DNA of 64,000 nt from Rebecca billardiae RCC1528 (GCA_965240325.2 OZ251223.1:806001-870000); one strand, 5' to 3'; shown: positions 21,018 to 34,924, numbered from the stretch's first letter. The notes: a model not told the origin generated them from the sequence alone. Made by a program: numbers and translations.

Positions 21018-22628
21018 ATGAGCGCGACGCTCACACACGACGACGATCTCCGCAGTGGCGCACGGGCCCACGTGCGCCCGAGCTCGTTCGCGGCTTCGCA
21101 GCCGCCGCCGGCGCAGGCACAGCACAGCTCGCTGACGCCGCCCGCCGTTTCCACGGGCAAGCAACCAGGGAGCTCGCACGCGGCCGAGGGGACGACAGCG
21201 CAACTCCCCCAGGCGCGCGAGACCCGGGACGGGAGGATGTACTGGACGCCCGCGGGCGTCCCCACGCATGCGCACTCGACGGTCGTCCCAGGCGTGGCCA
21301 TGCGCTTCTGGAGCGCGGCCGGGCTGGCCGAAACGGACGTGATGACAGCTGAACAATATGCCGAGGTGAGCGCGCTCATCGCGAGCGCGCTCACCATCAT
21401 GGGCTCGCAGCACGCGTCGGGGGCGAGAGCGTGCGAGACGCTGCCGCTCGAGTCGATGCGCCGCGGCGCGCGCGCACTCGACGCAGCCGACGGCCTGCGC
21501 GCTGCGCAGCTGTGCACGAGCGTGATCGAGGCCACGGCGGAGTGCACGCGCAGTGAGAACGAGCTCGAGCTGGTCGCATCTCTCGCGCGCCTCCACCAGC
21601 ACGTCACCGCCGTCGATGACGCGGACTGTGGCGCGCTCCGAGTCGCACTCCGCCAGTGCGCCGCAATCAAAGGCGGCGCGCGCAGCTGGGCGGAGCTGCA
21701 GCGCCGGCTGCGCACGGTGGCCGTGCTGCGCAGCGCAAAGCGCGTGTACGTGCGCACAGTCGGCCACGTGCGCGAGCGCGCCGAGGCCGAGGCGGCGGCG
21801 TACGACGAGATGCGCGCAGAGGAGGACGCCTCGCTGTCGGAGGAGAACACGCGCATGTGTGCCGAGCAGCGCGCGCAGGTGGAGGCGGCGCGCGTGCAAG
21901 CGCAAGTGGACATCGTGACAGCGCTCTCGCACGCGCGCGCCGCCCCCAGCCGCGCAGGCCCCGGCAGCCCGGCGGCGGAGCTCGTGGGCGGGGCCGAGGA
22001 GGAGGAAGCGGCCGAGGAGGACGCGGCCGAGGGCGGCCCGCAGCTGTTCGCAGAGTTGCAGCGCGCGCACCACGGCCTCCCCGGGGCCCGCGCCGCGCTC
22101 GGCGCAGCCATCGGGAGCGCGATCGACGCCGGCGTCCCCGTGGACGGCGCGGAGATGCGGCTGGCCCTCGACCTGATGCTCAGAGCCACTTCTCGCGAGA
22201 ACCTCGTGAGCGCGCTGGTGCTTGGCGCCGCGCCGGCTGGCGCCGCGCCGGCGGCTCAGAGCGTCACGGACGTGGTGGCCGAGTGTGGCGGGAAGAAGAA
22301 GAGCTCGCTGGGCGGGGACCGACTGCTGCGCGCGGCACTTGAGGACGCAGTTGCCGCAGGCGTGCTGCCAAACGCGACGGAGCGAGCGCGCGTGCAGCTC
22401 CTCCGGCGCCGCTGCCGCGCGGCACGGCGGCACGCGGCGGCGGCCACGACGCGCATGGCTAGGTCGGCCATGATGACGGAGGCGGAGAAGGGCGGCGACG
22501 CGCTCGGTGGCGCGTCGCCGGCCGTCTTGCCCGTCCCGGGCGCGCCCAAGCCATCCCCGTGGCGCCCGGCCAGCCTCGTCTCCGCCCTTTCGGACTTGGA
22601 GGCAGGCTCGGCGAACTCAGATGACTAG
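21018..22628 (+). CDS. Hypothetical alpha-helical protein (536 aa)
   Basis: Single ATG-initiated ORF with GC3-biased codons and protein-like composition; no family recognised. Confidence 0.6.
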   Translation: MSATLTHDDDLRSGARAHVRPSSFAASQPPPAQAQHSSLTPPAVSTGKQPGSSHAAEGTTAQLPQARETRDGRMYWTPAGVPTHAHSTVVPGVAMRFWSAAGLAETDVMTAEQYAEVSALIASALTIMGSQHASGARACETLPLESMRRGARALDAADGLRAAQLCTSVIEATAECTRSENELELVASLARLHQHVTAVDDADCGALRVALRQCAAIKGGARSWAELQRRLRTVAVLRSAKRVYVRTVGHVRERAEAEAAAYDEMRAEEDASLSEENTRMCAEQRAQVEAARVQAQVDIVTALSHARAAPSRAGPGSPAAELVGGAEEEEAAEEDAAEGGPQLFAELQRAHHGLPGARAALGAAIGSAIDAGVPVDGAEMRLALDLMLRATSRENLVSALVLGAAPAGAAPAAQSVTDVVAECGGKKKSSLGGDRLLRAALEDAVAAGVLPNATERARVQLLRRRCRAARRHAAAATTRMARSAMMTEAEKGGDALGGASPAVLPVPGAPKPSPWRPASLVSALSDLEAGSANSDD

Positions 22629-23278
22629 ACTGGACACTCGAAAGAGTTCGTCGCCGTCCTTGCGCTCAATCAATGTGCGGCCCGACAGGGCGCGCTCGCA
22701 GAGTCCATGAAGCAACAGCTGCTCACGCGCGTGCGCTCGTCGTCCGGCGGGCTCAGCGACGTGAGTCGGCGGCGCGTGAGTCCGCGGGCGCTCAACTCTC
22801 AAGCAGCGCCCGGCGGCGCGGCAGCGATGCGCAGCCGGGCTCGCGTTCAGCCGCCGCATCAGCTGACGCGGTCGCGGCCCACGCGGCCGCCACGCTCACG
22901 GGAGAGGCTGAGGCAGCGGCGTTAGAGCCAGGAGCCAGCGGCATCGAGCGCCACGGCACTGGCAGCGGTCGTCGAGATCGACGTGGTGAATGGTGACTCC
23001 TGACCTACCGGCCCGTGGTGCCACCGCGCGGCTCGATCCGCCGGAGCCGAGCACGGCTCCAGGCGCTGGCAGCAGCGTCAATTCGGGCTGCGAGCTCCGA
23101 GCTCCGTCCACTGCTATATATATATAGTCTACAGAACTGCTGAGACGCCGTCGGCGGACGCTGTTAGGGGGGCGCTTGCCACGCAGACAGCCACGCTCGC
23201 GCGAGTAGGCAGTAGCTTACTGCCTTACCCCGACAGAGACTGGCACCGAGAGAGTGGCACCGCGCCTAGTACTCCTTA

Positions 23279-24245
23279 GGCCGCAGCGGGCTCCGGTCAC
23301 TGTCCGGGACGTCCAGCAGGGGTGCATTCAGACTCTCTGGGGGGGTCTGGGGGGGGCTCCCCCCAGCCGATCGAAGGACCAAATACGCCTCAATAAGGCC
23401 CCAACTCGCCAGAATTCGCATAGCAGACCGAGTGTTCGCTGCGCGGTGTTGGCGCTGAGGGCTGCGTCGTGCGGCGTCGGCTCTGCGCCGGGCGGCCAGG
23501 ACTCATTGCACACAGCCCCGATATCAGCGCCTCCCTCGCGAGTCAAGACGTAGCGCAGTGCAGGATCGAGCAACGCATTGACCGCTGCGGCGCACCGCGC
23601 AGGCCACGCCGCACCTCAGCACTCGCGAACCGAAGGCTCTGAGCCAGCCAGCTGTGGCAGTCCTCCGAGGAGCTGCAGCCAGGCACGAGCTCGTGCGCAT
23701 GCCCGTGCCACTACGAGCTGACGGCGCGGCCCGGGGCGCGAGCAGCTCGACGCCGACAAGCTCATGCGCACGCCCGCACCGCCGCGAGCTCAAGGCGCGG
23801 CCGCCAGCGCGCAGCTTGCTCGAGTCGACGAGCAGCTTCTCGCCCATCGGTGACTCTCAGTGCACGAAGGTGCACCCGGGGCGCGAGCGCGACAGGGTGC
23901 CGCGGCCAACCAGCGGATGCGCCCGGATCAAGGCCTCCAAGACGTCTCGTCTCCTCGCCCGCTCGGCGGCGCTCCATCGTGCGAGAGACCGGTCCGGGAG
24001 CCCAAAAAAAAGTTCAGCACGATGGAGTCCTCCGTGTTCGACTGTGACGACGCGTTCAAGGACAAGGAAACATACGAAATCGTCTGCGGCTTCGGTTTTG
24101 AACCTGCGGCTTCGTCCGCCGCCCCGGAGATCTTTCGATTGGTACCCTCATCGCTCCCTGGCTCCCAGGGGTTCGTCTAAATGCACCCCCCCCATAGGGT
24201 CAGTGGACGTCCCTGACTGTGGCTGGAGCCAGCGCCGCCGCGGCC
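23279..24245. mobile_element. Degenerate DNA-transposon-like segment with nested imperfect inverted repeats
   Basis: Inner pair caggggtgcattcagac (23317-23333) / gtctaaatgcaccccc (24175-24190), hAT-like CAGGGG start. Outer pair gtcactgtccgggacgtcc / ggacgtccctgactgtggc (16/19). Confidence 0.45.
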
Positions 24246-24594
24246 CCGCGCCGCAGACAGGCTAGGAGGCTCCCTTCCGTCCGAGCACTTGCTTGGCTCG
24301 ATCACTTCATGACGATATCTAGCACGCAGTCGGAAGACAGTCTGACAGTCACCTCTGTAATTGAACGATCATCGCGTCATTGACGCGTATGGTAAATCTG
24401 ATGAGTTCACGTGCCGCCCGTGCCGTCCATGGGCCGAGCGGCCGACTGCTTGGCTCTCGCAGCCGGGTAACTTTCACTATCAATGTGAATGCGATAGATA
24501 CCAATACGGCGGCAATACCCACCCGGCTTCATCTCACTCGCCCAGTCGCCCGGAAGCAGCAGTGCGACGCACGCAGGTCTTGCACAGGCGGGCA

Positions 24595-27330
24595 ATGCCG
24601 CGCAAGCTCGCGCTCGTCGGCGCGTTGCTCCTTGGTGCGACGCCGGGCACTGCGCGCGCGCCCGCGTGCGACGCGCGCGCGGATACGCTAGCTCGCGCGG
24701 TGCCGCTCCGCCATGCGCCCTCCCCCTTGCCCCCGCACCTGTCGCGCGCCGGGCTGAGACGTCTGCGTGCACGCGCGATGTGCGGCCACGCGCCACAGTG
24801 AGCGTAACTGGGTGGCATGACCACTTCGATGTGGAGTGGGTCGACTCGACGGCGTGCGCGAACCTGCTGCACGCCGGCGCGAGCGTCCACGAGGCGTCCA
24901 CGGCCCTCACCAAGTGCCTCGTCGACATGGTGAAGCAGTCGGACGCAGACCTGGAGGACCCGGAGGAGGTGCTGCTCGGCGCGGCGCGCGAGGCCATGAT
25001 GCGCGAGGGCGTGAGCGAAGGCGCGTACATCGAGGGGCCGAGTGGCTCGGACGCACGCGCCGACCAGGCTGAGCGGGTGCCCGCCGACGCCTCGAGCCGC
25101 GAGCGGCACGAACGCGAGCGTGCCGCTGCAGCCGCGACCGGGACGGACCCGCACGGTACGACATCCGGCGGCTCAGGGCCCGAAGCTGAATTGTCCGGGG
25201 GCAGGCGCGCCCGGAGCGCTTCGGAGGCATGGCAGCAAAGACTCGACGACGAGGGCGTGGGCCGCCCCGATGCGCGCGCTGCAGGCACGCCAGCCAGGGC
25301 AGCGGGCCACAGCACCCACGGCGGCGGCGGTGGTGGCGGCGGCGCTGCCGCGATGCCGGCCGCGCACGCGAGCGGCGTGTCGAGCACATCCATCTCGATG
25401 CAGGACTGCTTCGTCTTCTACGTGAGCGTCGCCGGCCTCGCGGCCTTCTTCACTCGCTCCATCTGCAGCTACATCGTCTCTTGGTGGTGCGTGCTGCCGC
25501 TCGCTCGCCTGCGCGTGCCCGGCCGCGCGCGTGTGGCTGACACACGCGGGTGTCACACCCACCCACCCACCCGCGCACCCGGTGCCCGCGCCTGGCGCGC
25601 TCGTCCCCGCTCGCCCCTTCCCGCCCCCCGCCCGATCAATGCGCGCAGGCCGGTCTTCGAGATCGGCTTACTCGCGCTCGCGCTCGTGTGCGAGTGCGCG
25701 GTGCTTCTCCGTTACCAGCGAGCCGGCGCATCCGCCGCGTCGGTCGAGGGCGTGACGAACCTCTTGCGGAAGGGGTACGTGCTGACCAACCTGCTCGCAC
25801 TCGTCGGCTGCGTCATGTACTGCTGGGCCGAGCCCTTCCTCCGGCTGCTGCAGAGCGGCGAGGCGCCCGACGCTCGCGAGGCCGCGGCGGCCGAGGCGGC
25901 AACGCCGCAAACGTCGAAGCGCGGGGGCGCGCCGAACGCCCTGCCACGCAGCACCAGCGCTGGGAGCGACAGCGCGGGCTCGGTGGGGCCGTCGCTCGGC
26001 CCGCTCTCCGACCGGCGGATGAGCGACGTGGAGCCGAGGGAGAGGGAGGCCGAGCTCGAGCGCTTGCTCCAGGCGCAAAAGAGCGCTGCCAAGGCCGAGC
26101 GGGCCGCGCGCGTTGCAAGCGAGAAAGAGCTTGCCGAGGCCGAGGTGCGCGCGCGGGCGTGCTTCTCACGCCACGCGCAGCGCGCTCCGGCGCGCGCACG
26201 CGCGGGCCGCGCTTCAGATCTTCGCCCCCCGCCCGGGCAGCGCGCGCTCTGCGCTCGACACGTCTGTGACGCCCGAGCGCGCGTCCCTGCCCTGTGCGCT
26301 GCCTGCGCGCGCTGCGCTCGCGCGCGCGCAGCGACGGCTTGCCCAAGAGCAGGCCTCCCGAAAGCGGCTCGAGGCGGAACATCGTGCGCTGGCCGAGCGG
26401 GGGGCACTGGCGCGCACGCCGTCGTCAGCCGAGCCCAGCGGCGGGCGCGCGGCGAAGCGCATGCAGCAGGACGCCAGCACGCAGACGCGCGCCGACGCGC
26501 ACAAGGCGGGCAGCTCTGATGCGAAGCGAGCCGGCGTGTCTGTGCAGACGCAGACCCGCCCGGCGCGAAGTGGTGCGGGCGCAGCCAACACGGCGCCAGC
26601 AGAGGCGCAGGCGCTAGCCTCGCAGCTCTCCGAGGCGAAGCAAGTGATCCACGCGCTGCAGTCGCAGCTGCAGGCGCTCAAGCAGCAGCAGCTGCACCCG
26701 CAGCATCACCACCACCAGATGGCGGCCGCGCCGGCACCGCCGGCACCGCCGGGAGCGCCGCAGCAAGCGCAGCAGCGGCACGGCAACGGTGGCCGCCGCG
26801 CGCCGTCGTCGGATTTGCGTCACAATGGCGTGCAGCAGCAGTCATCCGGCGCGATGTGCGCCGGCGCCGAGACGGCCGAGCCCAGTCTGCTGGGCCCATA
26901 CGGCGGAGGGCGTGTGCCGAACCCTGGTGGCATCTTCCGTGCATCGGACACATCTCAGCCCGAGCACTGGGAGGCGCTTCGCCGCCACGCCGATGCTGCT
27001 CATCACGCCCGGAGCTCCGGTCCTGCGTCACCAGCCATCGGCAACGGACGGCAGCAGGCACAGCCGGCTCGTCCGATCGGCGTGCCGGCGGGCGTGTCGG
27101 CGTCGCAGCAGGCTCACAACTCGAGCCATGTGCAGCTGTCCACGAGCGGTGCGGCCGGCTTGTCGGGGAGCGCCTTTGATGGCCCACCGCCAGGCTCGAA
27201 AGGAGCCGACGAGTCACGCGAGTTGCTCGGGCCGCCGCTCGACTTCGATTTCAGCTTCATCGAGGAAGACTTGGCCGAGGAGGACAAGAACGTGCTGCGC
27301 CTCGTCATGCCCGGCGCGACGAAGATGTGA
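24595..27330 (+). CDS. Unknown membrane protein: signal peptide, ~3 TM helices, coiled coil, Q/H-rich tail (introns 24635-24798, 25487-25648, 26145-26331)
   Basis: Splicing yields MPRKLALVGALLLVSVTGWHDHFDVEW...; hydrophobic segments CFVFYVSVAGLAAFF, IGLLALALVCECAVLL and LTNLLALVGCVMYCW; all introns are GT-AG and in frame. Confidence 0.7.
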
Positions 27331-29480
27331 ATACTGGGACGGCACTGCCGAGTTGACAGCCTGCGTCTGCGCCTGCGTCGCGGCTTGTTTCCGCCGCTGC
27401 TGATGATCGACGGTTGATGCACAGCGCGCCTATCTGCACGTATCGCCTCGCGCTATCTAGCTCACGGCAGCGAACGCGAACGCGATGCCCTTGGCATTGA
27501 TCAGCCTGTCAAGTACGCTTTTAAAGCCCGTTCTCCACGGTCATGTATCTCATGAGATGACCGGTCAGGCGGTACTAGGTACGTGCAGGACGACGAGTCA
27601 TCATCGTCATGATGAACCAACCGCCATCACAATTCATCTAAGTCTAAATATCATTCTGGGGCAACGCGGACAAGGCAGTCCGCCACGTTGGCGAGCGACC
27701 GCGTGTTCCGCTAGCTGCAGCAGGCGGCCGCAGGCTGGTGCGGACGGCACGGCTAGTTAGTTCTCTTCTTGCGCGGGCCGGGCCGGCCGCACGCGGGCCA
27801 CATTCTCACTTGCATAGCGAGGCGGTGGTGCACGCCGGCCAGACATTGCAGCACGCACTCCGTGCTCAGACGTGCACGCGCGTCGTCGTCAGGCCATCCG
27901 CCGCGCTCGCAGAGCGCCGTTGCTTGCGCCATTGGCACAGCGCCGAAAGTTCAACAGCTGGTAACTGGCGGCCGCGAGCGCGAGCCCGCGGGCGTCCCGG
28001 ATTCCAGCCCAAGTCGGCGCGCGGCACCAACCCATATGTAGCGTATTGGCGGCAGGCCGAGCTCGCCGCACTCGTCCTCTCATCAGGTCCGACATGGCCA
28101 CGGAGGACATGGGTGCAGTAGATTGGCGGCCCTCCGTGAGGCTAGGAGACTGGCTGCCCCCATCTGCACGGCTCTTGTACGGGCACCTCCTGAGCCCGGT
28201 TGAGCTGTAGGCTTCGGACGGATTACAGTGATCGATGACTGCTCCTATGGAACTTGAGCGGGGGTGGAACTTGACACCGCATTTCCCAGCGAAGTGCCCC
28301 ATCTCGGCGGGGCTGGCACGGTCGGCACACGCTCCTGAGCGCTCGCTTCGCGGTGCGGCAGGCCTTGGGCAGCCCAGACAGACATGCCGCAACCGAATTA
28401 CCGGGCCATGCGCGCACCACACCCGTGCTACATGGCCTGCGCGCTGGACGACTGAGAGGCAACGCCGAACCACTGCATTCCACTGCCCCGCATGCACCCC
28501 GAGTCACCTTCAGAGGGCGTCGACGAGCGCAGAGCGGGGTGCGTGGGAGTTCGACCAACTCGTGTACCTTCTTGCAAGCACCAAGCGGTTGACCAGCCGT
28601 GGAACTTGAGCTGGTCTGCGCTTTTCAAAACGAAGTGTTCCGCGCTCTGTCCAACGGCAAAGCGCGGCGGATGGCGGCGTTGCCGCCGCATGGGTGGGCG
28701 ATCGCCGTTGCCCGCAGAAGACGTGCGTCAGCGCGCGCGGCGAAGCCACGTCCATGGGCGCCCAGCGTGGCTCGGCCGCGGCCAGAAGCCTCGCACGCGT
28801 CCTTGCGGCGCGAAAGGGCATCCCAGCCGCGGTCATTCGACTTGTGCGTCGAGAGACGTGTGCCATCTAGCCAACGCGCACGCGCGCCGCGAGCTGCAAG
28901 GCGTGCGCACACGTCGCCCGCCGCTCCGGCCGAGCCGCTCTCGTCGGGGGCTCCGTAGCTTTCGTAGTTGTAATCTACAAAAGCTACAGCTGCTGGCGCA
29001 ACGCTCCGGCTACAAGAGTCGACTCCAGTAGGACAGCGGTCAAATGCCGCTCTATCTACGATTCATCAGTTAGCATTGGGACGCCTGGCAAATCGGCCAC
29101 CGTACCAATCGTCGTGTTGTGTTGGGTCTTTAGAAGTATGGAGCGTTCGTTGGAACTTGACGCCGGTTTGGCGCGCGCCCGGCGAGGGCGACGACGGGCG
29201 TATACGGGGTCCGCGGCGGCGGGAAGCGCGCGGGCGCGGCCGAGAACGGCACGGTCCGGACGCCTCTCGCCAGCCGCGGACGCGCACCACGCCTCCTCCT
29301 CGCACGCTGCTAACTTGATCCGGGTTAAACGGTGGTTTTGCTGCCAGGTCTGAAAAGACCGGGGGCGTTTGTTTGTCCAGCTGGCGCAACGCCCCTGGAG
29401 CGCAGCGGTCAAACAGCGGACGTTGACCCGGGATGCCAACGCTGCGTGCGTGCGGGGCGAAGCCGCCCCGTCGAAGCTCG

Positions 29481-32400
29481 TCAAGCCACGGTCACCGTAG
29501 CGCCTCCTGCCGATTGGCCCAAGCACCATGCATCTTCATCATGTTGCCCGAACTGCCATGCGGAAAAGCGCGGGACAGGGAGCTGGCCCACCACGAGGGC
29601 AACACATTGCCAGACACTACCCGTCGCAGGGCCACCGTGCAGCTGCACATCGGGTCCGTCGAGCATCCAGTATCGTTCATCCAGGTCAATCTGCACGTGG
29701 ACGGGAGGCTGGGCGCCAATGTGCGTGACAAAAGTGGCGGTGGAGCCGACACCGATAGGCTCGTTAGTGTCGCAGCGCACGTCGACTGTGAAGCCACCGA
29801 GACCCATGAGTCCAACACTATCGCACCAGGACATTTGTGCCGCGCGGCCAATCACGTCGCCATGCGAGTCTGACGTGTACGCGACCTGCAGGGAGAGATC
29901 GCGATGCCGTCGTTCGCCCGAGCCGTTGCAAGAGAAGATGAATGTGGCGTGCATGCGCTGGCCGGGCTCGAGGGCATCAACGCCGTCGGGGTCGAGTACT
30001 GGCACCGAGGACAGCCCGTCGCCGGTTATCTCGCACCCGTCCACCTGCAACGTCGAATCAGAGGTGTTGAGTATCTCCATGTGCAGTGTCGCGGACTCGA
30101 CACCCGAGAAGAGCTGGCGCGAGAAGCCGAGAATGCGCGCATCAAACGGCTGCACTGCGCGGATCGACACCGCCGAAACGGCTGTGGGTGGAGAGTCGTC
30201 ACGCTGCTCGGCATGCCACTCGAAGAGCTGAGCCTCCACCCGGCACTCGATGGCATCAGCCCTTGGCTGGTCGCCAGCGGCGATGGAGATCGGCAGCTCG
30301 ACTCGCATGAGCTGGTGGGCTGCGAGCGCGGGGAGCGCCTCGACGCGCGCGCCCTGAACGGTGGCAAGGATGGGCAACTCGAGGGCGCTGCCGAAGTCCT
30401 CGCCGCCGGGCTGAGATGTGAAGACGAGGGCACCTCGGCCGGGCGACGGCGGAGCTCCGGAGAGCAAAAGCGACGCACCAGCCGCCAGCCCTGTGGCACC
30501 GCCGATGACACGGAGTGTTATCACCTGACCATGGCCGACGAAGAGGTCCTGTACCGCGGCGGCGTGCAGACGTCCCCGAGGCGCATCGTGGTCCGTGATG
30601 GGCTCGATTGCAAAGCTTGGACAGCCCTGGAAGCGATCCTCCAGCCACGCACCGCTTGCAGTCCGCAGCCAGAGCGAGCACGCACGGTACGCCCCGACCG
30701 GCGCGCCATGCGGCTTCACAAAGCGCACGGTCTTCGCGCCTCCGGCGTGCACGGTGAATGGCGCGCGCGCAGCCCACTCGAAGAGGGTGCCCGCCTGCTC
30801 GACTGTGCCACAATCGGCGCCGTCAGGCTCAGCTGCTGCTGGTGGCTCTGCGGGTGCCGCTTCTCCCACCCGCCATGTGCTCGAGCCGAGCAGCACATCC
30901 ACCCATGCGTCCGCATCGGGGGCGAGGGCCTCGCCTGGCTTTGTCAGGCAGCACTTGAGGAGCGCATCTGCGATGACCAGGTCCCAGTCCAGGTCATTCA
31001 CCAGCTCGAGCGCCAGCTCCGACTTGGCGAATTCGCGCTGTGGCGGTTCCAAGGCCCCAAGAAAGCGGGTGCTGATGAGCGGGCTCAGAGGGCGGAGCAG
31101 TTGCGGGCTCGAGGGCGCGGGTGCTCCAGGCTCAGGTGCCGAGTTGCTTTCAGGGGCTGGGCCGGTCAGCCAAGGCAGCACACGACTCTCGAGCTCGTGC
31201 TGCTGCGCGACGAGCTGGCTGTGCTGGCGCGGCTCGACGACACCGTCCCTGTGCGCACTGGATGCCGCACACACGAGGAGCCGCCAGCTGGTCTGCCCCA
31301 CGGCTGTCTCCAGCCCAAGCAGCGCCTCGCCTCGCAGCTGGACGCGGAGGGTCGCACACCACGGCACGTACCACAAGTCGTGCGCGCACACGTCAGACGA
31401 CGTCCGCAGCGCGAATAAGGATTGCTCCGTCACGGCCCGCCGCTGCTGCTGCATTTCGACAGCCGCGAGTTCGGCGGCGACGATCGCGGCCATGCGGATG
31501 TGCCCGCAAGCGAGCAGCCGCTCGGCGCCAGCGCCGGTGAGTCGCGCGAAGAGCACCTCGACAGCGCTGCGCAGCTCTGCGTGGTGCACACGCAGCGGCG
31601 ATGCCTCCACCAATGCCAGCAGGTCGTCGAAGGACTGCATGTTGTGCAGCGCGGCCCTGTGCTCGCCCTCCGAGGACAGCTGATCGCCCTCTTTGTCATC
31701 GGACTCGTGGAGCATTAGCACGGAGTCATGCCGCACATCGCCTGACAGCGGGCGAACGATGACGTGCCGGCGCACGGCCACATCGAGCAGCAGACCTCGT
31801 GCTGTCATGAGCAGGCACGCCTCGGCTCTCACCATGGGCGAGATGGGCTTCGGAGACGTGTCGTCGAAGGCGCGCGCTGCGCGAACCGCGCCATCGAGCT
31901 GCACGGACGTCGGCAAGCCCATCGGGATGCCGTGGGGCGGGGATGCGTCCGCGGCAGCCGCCGCATCAGCGGTGGATGCTCCGAGTGATACCACGCAGTG
32001 GCAGGCGGCTAGCAGCCACACCGCATGCCGTGCTCGCGCTGCGTCGCACAGCATGCGCGCCTGCGGGAGGAGCAGCCCCCGCGCGCCCTCCATGAATTGC
32101 GCGGTGCAAGCCACGAGGTCGTGCTGCTTGCCCAGGCGGAGGAGGGCCTGGCATCTCCGCAGGAAGACGTAGCGCAGCACGTTGAAGAGCGATGCGCGGC
32201 TCTCGTAGACGGCGTCTTGCAGCGCCGGCCATGGCTTGAGCTCGTCTAGCGCCTGCACGCGTGACGCGCCGGCCCCGATGTCTGCCGCATCGTCTGCGAG
32301 CGCGACGATGCCGGCCAGGTCGCAGCCGCCGTCCAGGCACGAATCCTGCAGCAGAAGCGAGATGTCGTCGTAAATCTCCTGGACGCGCTCGAGCTGCATC

Positions 32401-33551
32401 GCTTGCGCGAGAGCAAACGCCTGGCGCTCGCGGAGAGTCTGTGCAGCAGGCACGCGCGCGCGCGTGTGTGCACGTGGGAGCGCGCCTTGCAGCAGTCGTC
32501 AGTGGGGTGGGTGTGCGTGAGCGCACGTGACACGCGACCGCACTTGCGCCGCGCACGCAAGCCCGCCCTCGATTCGAGACGACGCGGGCGTACCAGATAC
32601 GTCGCAAAGAGCCACCCGCCGCCTGGCTGCTGCTGTTCGCGCAGCGTCCGGAGCTGTGCGCACTCCTCATCGAGAGCGTCGGCGCGCGCAAGGAGCGAGG
32701 CAACGGCAGCCTGCGTGATGCGGCGCGCTGCGTCGTCGAGGTGCTCCGGCGAGTCATCCACCCGAAGCGTCCTGCCACCACCGCGCTGCAGCTCCGAGGT
32801 GCTGCGGAACTGCAGCAGCTCCGACTTGAAGCGCTCGAACACCGTCGACGACGTCGACGACTGGCGGCGGAAGAGGGCAGGCGGCGCCACCCCGACGAGG
32901 GCAGACTGCGAGGAGAACGAGCCCGAGTCTGAGAAGCTCGAGGTACTCTCGCCGAGCGAGCCGGAGGCGGCTGACTTCGCGAACGTGTGGGACCCGGCGA
33001 GCAGGAGCAGCCAGTCCAGCCCGCGCTCGGTGCAGGAGGCAGCCCACGCGCTCAGCGCAGGGTTGGCCTTGCCGTCGCTCTCTGGGCAACGGGGAAACAA
33101 ACGGCGAAGCGAGGCGTCGACGCGCGTGATCGCGTCAGGTGTGCGCGCATCGGTGCAGAGTGCACGCGACGTAGGGCGTGGGGCGCCGGGCGCGCTCGCG
33201 CAGTCAGGTTGCGGACGCCCCTGCTCGCGATGCATTGAGCACACCTGCGACACAGATGCGGAGGCACGTGATGTCTTCCGGCGGCGCCGCTGGGCGCTCG
33301 TGGTCCACCTCCGGGAAGCCTTCGCGTACGACGAAGTCAACGTCGAGTCGCTGACTGCTCCAACCGCTGCTACCTTCATCAGCTAGCGCATTCTCCTCGG
33401 CCTGCGGCAGTGTGTTGCGAGACAGCCGCGCCGTGATGAGCGGCTGGATTGCCGACCACGCGCCCATCGTGTCGTGGACCTCGATGCGCGCCACCCACTC
33501 CGTCGGTACAGGGTGTGCACCAGCCATGTGCGCGTCGCCAAGCGCTGCCAT
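29481..33551 (-). CDS. TRAPPC10: TRAPP II complex subunit TRAPPC10/Trs130-like (3 exons)
   Basis: Motifs WLFATYL|TLRERQAFAL..EIYDDI, ASLFNVLRYVFLRRCQALL and C-terminal WMLDG...ALVVGQLPVPRF resemble TRAPPC10. Introns at about 33244-33082 and 32593-32439. Confidence 0.7.
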
Positions 33552-33718
33552 CGCGCGGCGCGGCGCCCGACCGAGAGCCTCTGCCCCAGCGTAGCACGGC
33601 TTGTGCGCGCGCCGGCAAGCCGAGCCAGCTGCAGGTCGGAGCTGTCGTTCGGCAGGCGTGCGGCGGCTGGCCGGCGGCGCCAAAGAGATCGCGAGCGCCG
33701 TCGTCGGGGACATCCAGC

Positions 33719-34306
33719 ATGGCTGCACGTCACGCGATGCTGACGGCCATGATGGCGATCCTGGCGCCTGCCTCAGCGTCGCTGCAGGTGCGCAAGGCGG
33801 CGCTGCTGGATGCCATCGCGGCCTCCAGGCAAGGCCGAGAGATGTCCGTGCGCCCTCGCGTGCAGCAGCTCGTCGAGGAGCTCGAGGGGCTCAACCCGTG
33901 CCCGCGCCCGCTCGAGTCCGCGCCCGAGAAGCTCACGGCATGCTGGCAGCTGGTCTACACGACCTCGGACTCGATTCTGGGGTCGAATCGGGCGCGCCTG
34001 TTCCGCCCTCGTCCGCTCATCCTGCAGTCTATCAACGCGGCGGAGCTCTCGGCGAAGAACGAGGAGTGGGTGCTCGGAGGCTTGCTCAAGAATTCGGTCC
34101 GCGCCAAGCTCACGCCGCGCGACGACGGCGCCACTGTAGATGTGCAGTTTACACGGTTCGGCATTGGCTGGGTCCCGATCCCCGCGCCCCCGAGTGCGCG
34201 CGGAGTGCTCGAGACGACGTTCCTCGACGACGAGATGCGCATCTCGCGAGGAGACAAGGGCAACACCTTTGTGCTTCTTAATAGCGGCGATCCCCCGCGC
34301 TGCTGA
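33719..34306 (+). CDS. Plastid lipid-associated protein (PAP/fibrillin)
   Basis: LVEELEGLNP, WQLVYTT and LETTFLDDEMRISRGDKGNTFVL signature; N-terminal signal peptide (MLTAMMAILAPASA, alternative start 33737). Head-to-head with TRAPPC10. Confidence 0.9.
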   Translation: MAARHAMLTAMMAILAPASASLQVRKAALLDAIAASRQGREMSVRPRVQQLVEELEGLNPCPRPLESAPEKLTACWQLVYTTSDSILGSNRARLFRPRPLILQSINAAELSAKNEEWVLGGLLKNSVRAKLTPRDDGATVDVQFTRFGIGWVPIPAPPSARGVLETTFLDDEMRISRGDKGNTFVLLNSGDPPRC

Positions 34307-34924
34307 CGCCGCCAACCGCACGCGCCGCCCTGGCACTGGCTGCGAGCGATGCGACTGAGACTGCTTGTCCTTCCACACTTCTCGTCTCTCGCGACCGACT
34401 TCACCAGGCGCATCATCAACATCGCGCGTCCCATGTATTGGCATGGCCCAACCGAGCGGAGCGGCTCATCAACTACGTCGTCGTGTTCCGATGAACGCAC
34501 TTCCGAATCGCCTTCGATCGCGATACAAGTACAACTGTACGACTTTTGGGTGCGCTAATAACACTGTTGATGCGCCAGCGGCGGCGCGCCATAATATCAT
34601 CGCGGCGCCGGTGGGCGACGAGGCTGGCTTCATGGCGTCCGGAGGGAGACGCCGCGTAATGTACTGCGCCGGTGCCGTCGGCGTCGCCGGCGAGCGTCCC
34701 CATGAAGGGCCCTTTGACGAGACTCCCGCCGGCCAACGTGAAAAGAAGTATAACTACCAGGTACGTACCTTACCCTTGGCCCGTCCAACGTTCTGTCGCG
34801 CGTATGGGGGTAGTTCGTGAGTGAAGGAAGGCCTCTCAAGTCTCAGCAGCAGAGGTCTCTCGTTCGTGAGTGAAGGCGGCGGCGGCGGGAGATGGCGCGC
34901 TGACCTTCCTTCCGGCTCATCCCG